In this document: positions 19,932 to 26,907 of the stretch, piece by piece
How the letters are laid out: every line of letters begins with the position of its first letter
How positions within the stretch are numbered: position 1 is the stretch's first letter
Assembly: GCA_041483895.1 (NCBI GenBank)
Contig: JBGPGO010000001.1
Location: forward strand, 460,583 to 524,582
Direction: 5' to 3'
Source of the DNA: Fimbriimonadia bacterium
GTDB taxonomy: Bacteria > Armatimonadota > Fimbriimonadia > Fimbriimonadales > JABRVX01
DNA: 64,000 nucleotides
Program-made: the position numbers and the translations under genes
Notes under the pieces: model-generated
What the model was told of the DNA's origin: nothing
Databases searched by the model: none
What the model saw: only the letters and a program-made list of their open reading frames with translations

Positions 19932-20765
19932 TCAAAGATTAGTCTTTCCGCCTGGTGACAACCTGGCCGCATACGTCGCGGGCTCCAAATAGCCAAGCGA
20001 CGAATGCGGGCGCTCTTCGTTGTAGAACCTCCGAAAGCATACAGCCTTTAGCTGCGCGTCCGCAAGATTCGAAAACAGTTCCGCGTTCAGAAACTCCGGT
20101 CTGAGCCTGCTATGAAACGACTCCGAAAACGGATTCTCCCACGGACTGCCGGGGGTGATGAAAAAGGACTTGCCTCCGCCGGCAGTAACCCACGAACATA
20201 GCACCCGAGAAATGAACTCCGATCCGTTGTCCGAACGAACGAACAACGGCGCCCCTCGCTCCAAAGCGATCCGCGAAAGGATTTCCCGAACCCGAACACC
20301 CGTGATGGAGCGATGAACCTCCAAAGCCAAACATTCTCTCGTGAACTCATCCACCACCGAAAGCACCTTCAGAGATCTTCCGGCAAGGCAGCGATCGAAA
20401 CAAAAATCCACACACCACACATGGTTCGGACGCTCCGCTTTCATGGGAACGCTCCGACCCGTCTTGATCTTCTTTGAAGCCGGTTTTTGATACTGAAATC
20501 CCTCCTGTTCCCACACCCGATACACCCGGTTTTGGCTCAGATTCGGAATCTGTTTGCGAAGCGTCGCCCACGCCTGGCGATAGCCGATTCCAGGACGAAG
20601 CGATGCCTGCAACAGGTCGCGCAGCTCTTCGTTGCGGTCCGTTCGCTCATAGCAAAACAGCGACCTCGAAACCTTCAGTAGCTCGCACGAGCGGCGGGAG
20701 GGGATGCCTTTTTCCATCAGTTTCTGCGCCCCCGAGAGCCGCTCAGAGGCGCTAAACCGTTTCCC
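19932..20765 (-). CDS. IS3 transposase OrfB (DDE), expressed via -1 frameshift
   Basis: WCVDF, RSDNGSEF, ESFHSRLR.E, YNEERPHSSLGY. Confidence 0.9.
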   Translation of the reverse strand, partial: GKRFSASERLSGAQKLMEKGIPSRRSCELLKVSRSLFCYERTDRNEELRDLLQASLRPGIGYRQAWATLRKQIPNLSQNRVYRVWEQEGFQYQKPASKKIKTGRSVPMKAERPNHVWCVDFCFDRCLAGRSLKVLSVVDEFTRECLALEVHRSITGVRVREILSRIALERGAPLFVRSDNGSEFISRVLCSWVTAGGGKSFFITPGSPWENPFSESFHSRLRPEFLNAELFSNLADAQLKAVCFRRFYNEERPHSSLGYLEPATYAARLSPGGKTNL

Positions 20766-21028
20766 GCAATCAGCTCCGTCAGCGCGTCCACCTCCAGCGA
20801 GCGGTCCGCCAAAAGCTTCTTCAGACGCGCGTTTTCTTTTTCGAGTTCTCGCAGCCGCCGCACCTCGTCCGTGCGCATCCCGCCGAAGCGCTTCTTCCAG
20901 ACATAGAACGTGTTCTCGCTGATGCCGTGCGACTGACACACCTGCTTTGTCGTCCGATCGCCGCGCTCACCCTCAGAGAGAATCCGGACGATCTGCTCTT
21001 CCGTAAACCTGCTCTGCTTCAATTTCAC
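20717..21028 (-). CDS. IS3 transposase OrfA (HTH + leucine zipper)
   Basis: SRFTEEQIVRIL, HGISENTFYVWK, LRELEKENARLKKLLA. Confidence 0.9.
   Translation of the reverse strand: MKLKQSRFTEEQIVRILSEGERGDRTTKQVCQSHGISENTFYVWKKRFGGMRTDEVRRLRELEKENARLKKLLADRSLEVDALTELIAGNGLAPLSGSRGRRN
20759..20765 (-). promoter_or_regulatory. -1 ribosomal frameshift heptamer G GGA AAC
   Basis: X XXY YYZ motif in OrfA frame; -1 slip gives ..IAGKRFSASER in OrfB frame. Confidence 0.75.
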
Positions 21029-21096
21029 AGTCTCCTTCCATTTTGTCCGGGAAAGAGTCTAATCTTATGAATGGTCCTCAAGACGGGGGCAGGCCA

Positions 21097-21249
21097 CACG
21101 TAGGTCCAATCAGTCTGCGGCAACCCATCTTTTTCCGTCCTGTGAGTCAACTGGTCGGCCTTGTCGAAGGTGTTCAACTGAAACTTCTCGCTAAAGCCCG
21201 TGCCGCCTTTGTGCCACATCGTCCGATTGCCGAAGGAGTCATAGGCAAA
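21097..21249 (-). pseudogene. Rhs YD-repeat fragment truncated by IS3
   Basis: 153-bp near-identical direct repeat of 22625-22777 (FAYD..GNRTMWHKGG..DWTYV) ending exactly at IS end. Confidence 0.85.
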
Positions 21250-21277
21250 CTTAGGATTGTCGGTCCAAGACTGAACT

Positions 21278-21529
21278 CTACTTTTCACCCCTGGCAAAAA
21301 GGCCTGAAACAAGGGCAAAGAACGCCGCAAGCCCCATCGCAGCAAATATGTAAACATTAAAGGTAGCACCGACGTATGACATCGAACCCTTGAACAGTTC
21401 AGCAGACTGCGTTGGCTGATTCCCACCATATATCGCAGCAGAAATGACTTTTGAAGCAACAAGGACTGCCACCGCAGCCACCAGCGTAGTCGACAACTTC
21501 CACAACCGACCAGACCAGTTATCCGCCAT
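21278..21529 (-). CDS. putative membrane immunity protein (2 TM)
   Basis: RBS taaggag; overlaps end of Rhs toxin tip; two hydrophobic segments. Confidence 0.6.
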   Translation of the reverse strand: MADNWSGRLWKLSTTLVAAVAVLVASKVISAAIYGGNQPTQSAELFKGSMSYVGATFNVYIFAAMGLAAFFALVSGLFARGEK

Positions 21530-22382
21530 CTCTACACTCCTTAGATTGGTCGCTGAATGGATAGAAGACATTTGAGATATCAAACGGCTTGCCCAGGCAT
21601 TGGATCCAGTTTCTCACCTGCTGTCCCTTGCATATTAGGTCCGGTGGAATTCCCACCCAACGACACATGGGGTCCGCAAAGTTTGTGCCTGGTGAACCAC
21701 AATACTGACACAAACACCACCAACGCCGTCGAATTTTTGTTACCGTGATAGTCGATTGGAATAGTCCGCATCGTGTTGCTAAATCTGCATCCAGAGTGAA
21801 ACCCACATTGAATAGCTTTCCGGCGAACGAGAAGCTACCGTCGATATGAATTGTTATCGTTACGTCTCCCGTGTGCAATATGTCGCCCTTTGATTGGTAA
21901 CTAACAGACCATGTCACTGCCTTCTTTCCGTGACTATCACAAGTGCATGGCTCTGGCGGCTGAGGGGGTGATGGGAAACCTGGGCCGCCAATGTGCTGTG
22001 ACTGGAACCCAAAGGGATCGATGAATGTCGTCGGGGACGATGATCCGTATTGGTAGTAAGGAAGCGCGGACGAAAATCGATCCTTTACCTAAAACGCACC
22101 CAAGTTTGGATCGAAGTATCTCGCTCGTAGGTAGTCGAGGCCAGAACTGTCGGAGTAATACCCATACGCGCCGACGAACTGATACGGAGTCGGAGTGGTG
22201 CCAGTTCGATTGAACACCTCGCCATAGGCCTGGTACTCGAACTTGTCGGTGACGGCCTGGCTGGTCGTGTTGATCAGCTTGGTAGTGTTCCCGAGCGCGT
22301 CGAAGCGGTAGACGGAGTGGACTCCGTTTCTGGTCTCTGATACCAACTGCCCGTTGCCGTAGCTGTAGTTGACAACTCCCAT
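21519..22382 (-). pseudogene. Rhs core + Cys-rich C-terminal toxin, one in-frame TAG at 22089-22091
   Basis: DALGNT, YQAYGE, GYY..DYLRARYFDP.LGAF*VKD..IDPFG in a single frame continuing to 21519. Confidence 0.8.
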
Positions 22383-22384
22383 GA

Positions 22385-22831
22385 TTAATCCGTCCTCTCC
22401 TGCATCACGTCGTCCCCATCCCATACAAAGGTCGTCAGACTCTCGCCCGGCTCCCACTTCGATCTGCGAAGCCCATCCCCGTCGTAGGTGTATGTGCTCC
22501 TTAGTCCACCGGAAGCAATGATGCTGGTCATTCGGTTCGCCATATCATACGTATATGTCGTCGGGTTGCTGAGCGGCAACCCTGCTCCTTGACCCCACTC
22601 TGTCATGTTACCACGCTCATCATGCACGTAGGTCCAATCGGTCTGCGGCAACCCATCTTTTTCCGTCCTGTGAGTCAACTGGTCGGCCTTGTCGAAGGTG
22701 TTTAGCTGATACTTCTCGCTAAAGCCCGTCCCGCCCTTGTGCCACATCGTCCGATTGCCGACGGCGTCGTAGGCAAAGGTGTGGTTGTAGGCCGGGATCC
22801 CGCAATAACCCTCGCTGAAGGGTCGCCGCAT
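22385..22831 (-). pseudogene. orphan C-terminal fragment of Rhs YD-repeat shell protein
   Basis: YDAVGNR, YTYDMANRM, YTYDGDGLR, ends FVWDGDDVMQERTD*. Confidence 0.75.
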
Positions 22832-22877
22832 CCACGAATGTCCGATTAGCTAAGCAGTTCTCCATAACCACGATGTT

Positions 22878-23594
22878 TTACCGGTCGGCTAGCACCAACC
22901 ACCGTATGCCATTCATGTTCCGAATATTCTCCGTTGAAGCCCCCATCTCCCGATAGGTGCCGTCATGTCCAACCCACTCAGTAACGTCGATCACCTGTGA
23001 TTTTCCATCGGGGCCCGAGGAAAAGACAACAACTGGTCTCTCGATAACGAACCCATTTGCTGACTTTCGCACGGTCGCAGATTTTAGCCCTAGTGCCACC
23101 AATTCGGCGGTGGAAGCAATTCCATAATAACCATTCGGTAATTTGCGTAACAGTTCATATGCTTCGCCGTCGCCGTAAGTTACATTGACGTTAAATTGTT
23201 CTCTGGGCAAGATTTCAAGCCGAAATGGGCCCCCGAAGAAGCGATAAGTCGTAGCCGAAGATGCAAGACGCACGAAGGCTAACGCATCCTCTTTGGTTCG
23301 GATGGTAACCTTGCCGCGCAATTCAGATAGGCTATGGACTTGCAATCCTTGATTCTCACTAACCAAAAAGAGATGGAGATATGCCGATATAGGATCTCCA
23401 ACGACCAGTTCCCGATTTCTTCCAATCACTAAGTGAGAATCCGATTTCAGAAACTTGACATCTAATTCGTGTTGAACAATGATCGATGCGGGTTTAAGCG
23501 CAGCTTGTTGACTAGCCAACGGACAGCTCCCCGCTGTCAAAAGTCTTGCGACAATTATCAGGGACATTACTAGCACGGTTTGACAGTTTTGCAA
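22878..23594 (-). CDS. putative secreted immunity protein
   Basis: AT-rich; RBS aggag; hydrophobic N-terminus; directly downstream of toxin-like fragment. Confidence 0.55.
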   Translation of the reverse strand: MQNCQTVLVMSLIIVARLLTAGSCPLASQQAALKPASIIVQHELDVKFLKSDSHLVIGRNRELVVGDPISAYLHLFLVSENQGLQVHSLSELRGKVTIRTKEDALAFVRLASSATTYRFFGGPFRLEILPREQFNVNVTYGDGEAYELLRKLPNGYYGIASTAELVALGLKSATVRKSANGFVIERPVVVFSSGPDGKSQVIDVTEWVGHDGTYREMGASTENIRNMNGIRWLVLADR

Positions 23595-23628
23595 TTTTCA
23601 ACTCCTATCGCTTCGACCTCTTACTTCT

Positions 23629-24066
23629 TCAGAATGGACATGGAATCGGCGGAGTGTCACTTCCGTTACCGGCATCTGATTTGGAGCAGTAGGTGTCTCG
23701 CCTAAGGCAGTCAGAGAAAAAATTACGCAAATAATAATCACAACATGTATCATCGTTGCTAAGGCAACACTGACTGCGATCGAAATGATCTCTATAACAT
23801 TTGCAGGATTCTCGATAGGCTCTGCATTCGGTCCAGTTGCTGGTTGCAGACGCCCATTGATTATACTTATCTATGCATACCTGCGGATCTTGGCCAGCTC
23901 CAATCTTTTGTTCGTAACAAAGATGGGCACTAAAGCAACAGTTTCCCCGATCTCGTCCGTGAACAGCTTCATGTCGCACTGTGCAGCCGAAATCGCACTG
24001 GTCGAAGATCCCACCATTATCACCCGGTATGGTTATATTCATCTGGCCTGTAGTGATATCGCATTT
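23629..24066 (-). pseudogene. orphan Cys-rich HExxH toxin-tip fragment
   Basis: HEAVH motif, many Cys; frame closed upstream by TGA at 24067-24069 next to a hairpin repeat. Confidence 0.5.
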
Positions 24067-24071
24067 TCATG

Positions 24072-24320
24072 CCTCAACTGGTCCTCCTGTTGAGGGACGT
24101 CCGGCAACTACTTCGGCGGCGCGGTGGACATCGGTCGGCAAATCGCACCATGTGGATATATTACACCAACTTTGGCGTCTTGGCGATCGGAAGCCTCCCA
24201 AAAACCCTCAACAGGAGGACCTGGCTGAGGGATTCAACCCGCCCCGAAGACCCTCGCCAGGAGGACCTGTCTGAGGGATGCCTCCCGAAAGTCCCTCAAC
24301 AGGAGAACCTGTCTGAGGGA
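24072..24320. repeat. ccctcaacaggaggacctgtctgaggga hairpin repeats
   Basis: Direct copies 24205-24232, 24251-24278, 24293-24320; inverted copy 24072-24096; partial at 19892-19904. Confidence 0.85.
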
Positions 24321-24330
24321 TTCTCCAATG

Positions 24331-25359
24331 CTAATCAACCGTAAACACAACCTTGCCACACTGGCCTTTGGCGATCAGCTCCATCGCCTCCACAAACTGC
24401 GTGTAGTGGAATCGGTGCGTGATCACCGGGGCAATGTCCAGGCGGCGGGAGGAGAGCAACTCGTTCATCTGATCCCACGTCTCCCACAGCTTGCGGCCCA
24501 CGATCCCCTGCACTTCCAGCCCCTTAAAGATGATCTTGTCCATGTCCACTTCCAGCGGCTGGGGAAAGATGCCGAGCAGGCTGACCCGACCGCCGGGTCG
24601 CGTGCATTCGATCGCGGTCCCAAACGCCGAGGGATGGCCCGACATCTCCAGCGACACGTCGACGCCGATGCCACTTGTCTCCGCCATCACGCGCGCGTTC
24701 ACTTCGTCGCGCAACGGATTCAGCCGCACGTCGGCATCCATGCGAAGCGCCAGATCCAACCGGTAATCGCTCGTCTCCGTCACGATCACTTTTTTCGCGC
24801 CGCTCGCCTTCGCGATCCCGACGGCGAACAGCCCAATCGGACCCATACCCAAAATCAAGACCGTGCTGCCCTCAATCGGCCCGGCCAGCACCGTGTGGAC
24901 CGCGTTGCCCAGCGGGTCCTGCACCGTCGCCACTTCCGCCGGGATGCGAGTATCGGTTTTGCGCGCGTTTTGCCACGGGACGACCAGCCAAGGAGCAAAG
25001 CACCCGTCCACATCCACCCCGATGATGCGTGTGTTCGCGCAGACGTGCCCCTGCCCCGCCAGGCATTGCGTGCAGTGGCCGCATGTGATGTGCGATTCAC
25101 CCGCCACATAGTCGCCGGGAACCAACTCGGTCACACCCTCCCCAACCTCGTGCACATACCCGCACCATTCGTGGCCGATGATGCGCGGGGGATGGATGCG
25201 GCCCGCGGCCCAGGGGTCCCAGTTATAGATATGTGAATCGGTGCCACAAACGCTCGTTCGGTTGATCTTGACCTTTACGTGGCCGGGCTTTGTGTGGGGC
25301 TCTTCAACTTCAATCAGGTCGGCGCCCGGTGCGGGCCGGGTCTTGGCGATGGCTTTCAC
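24331..25359 (-). CDS. tdh: L-threonine 3-dehydrogenase
   Basis: VCGTDSHIYNWDPWA, GHE, CGHC.QC, DPLGNAVHT, LEMSG, GRKLWETW. Confidence 0.93.
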   Translation of the reverse strand: MKAIAKTRPAPGADLIEVEEPHTKPGHVKVKINRTSVCGTDSHIYNWDPWAAGRIHPPRIIGHEWCGYVHEVGEGVTELVPGDYVAGESHITCGHCTQCLAGQGHVCANTRIIGVDVDGCFAPWLVVPWQNARKTDTRIPAEVATVQDPLGNAVHTVLAGPIEGSTVLILGMGPIGLFAVGIAKASGAKKVIVTETSDYRLDLALRMDADVRLNPLRDEVNARVMAETSGIGVDVSLEMSGHPSAFGTAIECTRPGGRVSLLGIFPQPLEVDMDKIIFKGLEVQGIVGRKLWETWDQMNELLSSRRLDIAPVITHRFHYTQFVEAMELIAKGQCGKVVFTVD

Positions 25360-25401
25360 TGCCTCTTAGTTTACACCGTTCCGACCGAGTAAGATTTGAT
25401 A

Positions 25402-26787
25402 GTGGCAAAGGCGACACAGCTCATCGAGAATCCAGATTTTCGGGCCGGCATGACCTCCTGGCGCGGGAACGGCGCGGGGGTGGCCCTCGTCCGTTCGGCG
25501 GGCGAGCAGATACTGCATCTTTCCGGCACAGTCGCCGATCCGGCCCGGGTCGCATCGCTTCCCACCGAAATCGTGGGGGGCGCGACCTATCGGGCGGCAG
25601 TTGGTTGCGAGTCGTTTCAGGCCCTCGGCTGCTCGGCCAGGGTGGTCTGGGCGGATGCGGACGGCAAGGATGTCGGACACTCCGAGCGCGCGCTGGAGGG
25701 AAGCGGCGAGACCGGCTGGGAAGTATCCGCCCCCCTGGAATCTTCCTTCGCCAGCCTTGCGATTGGGTCCGCGGGCGGGGATTTGTATCTGCGGTCCGTC
25801 ACTCTTCGACCGGTCGGCCCTCGCCTGGAGATACCGCTGGTCTATACCGACCGGGCCGTCCTGCCTTGGGACAGCTTTGGATTCCTGCAGTGCGAAGTTC
25901 ACAATTGCGGCAGTGAGACGATCACCCAACCGTTCATTGAGATACGTGCCGGCCGAGAGCTGGTTTCTCACGGAGTAGAGCCTACGCACACGTTGCCGGC
26001 GCTTGAGCCCGGCAGGTCCGTGGGTTGCTCCTGGCCGCTCACTACAGAAAGCCCCGGCGCATACGCGGTGCAGGTCCGCGTGCGTGGCGGCGGCTGCACC
26101 GCGGAAAAGGGGGGCAGCATTGTCGTTGGTGAGGAGCCGATCCGACTTACCTCCGATGGCAGCGCTTTGGAGACCCGGCGCACCTACGTTTCGGTTTCCA
26201 CCCGCACGTTTCGGCTCATTATTCCAAAGTTGGAGTTCGGATTTGGGACCGGCCAATTCGATTTCGGCGATCCGTTTCGATTTGGGGGCTGGGTCCGGGC
26301 GCTCGGAGCGGCATATTCCGAGCCGGGCGGACCCCCGCGCCTGCTCTATGGCCGCCGATCGCGGATTGACGGCGGCACGCTCATGCTATACAATTCCGAT
26401 CACCTGGCGGACTGGGAGATAACGTTCCGGGCCAACTTGGACCTCAACTCCATCGGCGTTCTTACCCGCTACATCGCCCGTCGCGACCACACGATTGTCG
26501 CGCTCGAGGGCATCAACGTCTGCATTTCCCAGCCGGAAACCGTTGTGGAGACGGTGCAGGATGAATATCAATGCGCATTGGCCGTCCGGCGCGGGGAGCG
26601 TCTCTATTCGGCGATTTTGCGATGGCAGGAGATGGGTGGCTCGCAGTTCAGGCCGGGCCCACAGGCGGCGAGTCCGACAGGCTGGCTCTCCGCCACGATG
26701 TATCCCAAAGAGACCCGTGTCGCCGCCGGACGGCAACTAATTTGGCACCAAGACCTGTGGATCGGTCCGATCGAGCAAGCCATCTAA
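25402..26787 (+). CDS. hypothetical protein (CBM-like N-terminus, Ig/CARDB-like middle)
   Basis: Long ORF divergent from tdh; LIENPDF..G..SW start typical of CBM-like domains; TAAGAT 6 nt before GTG. Confidence 0.6.
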   Translation: MAKATQLIENPDFRAGMTSWRGNGAGVALVRSAGEQILHLSGTVADPARVASLPTEIVGGATYRAAVGCESFQALGCSARVVWADADGKDVGHSERALEGSGETGWEVSAPLESSFASLAIGSAGGDLYLRSVTLRPVGPRLEIPLVYTDRAVLPWDSFGFLQCEVHNCGSETITQPFIEIRAGRELVSHGVEPTHTLPALEPGRSVGCSWPLTTESPGAYAVQVRVRGGGCTAEKGGSIVVGEEPIRLTSDGSALETRRTYVSVSTRTFRLIIPKLEFGFGTGQFDFGDPFRFGGWVRALGAAYSEPGGPPRLLYGRRSRIDGGTLMLYNSDHLADWEITFRANLDLNSIGVLTRYIARRDHTIVALEGINVCISQPETVVETVQDEYQCALAVRRGERLYSAILRWQEMGGSQFRPGPQAASPTGWLSATMYPKETRVAAGRQLIWHQDLWIGPIEQAI

Positions 26788-26789
26788 CC

Positions 26790-26894
26790 GTAACGCCGCC
26801 TTCCAGGCGGCCTAAGAATTCATGCCTTACTCGTAACGCTGCCTTCCGGGCGGCAGAAATATTCCCCACAATGCCGCCTGGAAGGCGGCGTTAC
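26790..26894. repeat. GTAA-footed REP-like cluster gtaacgccgccttccaggcggc
   Basis: Copies at 26790, 26833 and inverted 26872-26894; more at 34694 and 34756. Confidence 0.85.
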
Positions 26895-26907
26895 GTATAA
26901 TACAGGA

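Larger units (their letters stand above)
19905..21096 (-). mobile_element. IS3-family insertion sequence, 1192 bp
   Basis: ~40-bp imperfect TIRs tggactgctccgg..aagattagtc / tggcctgcccccg..aagattagac, TG..CA ends, orfA/orfB. Confidence 0.93.

Noticed and set aside
21025..21462. 145-aa ORF as a gene
   Set aside because: Chimeric frame spanning the immunity gene, the Rhs fragment and the IS end.
22089..22091. Amber recoding or alternative genetic code
   Set aside because: TAG is the normal stop of rseP, frr, ugd-adjacent and many other genes here; a point nonsense mutation is simpler.
24205..24320. Three 28-bp palindromic repeats as a mini CRISPR
   Set aside because: Spacers are only 18 and 14 nt and resemble each other, repeats are degenerate, an inverted copy lies nearby and no cas genes are present.
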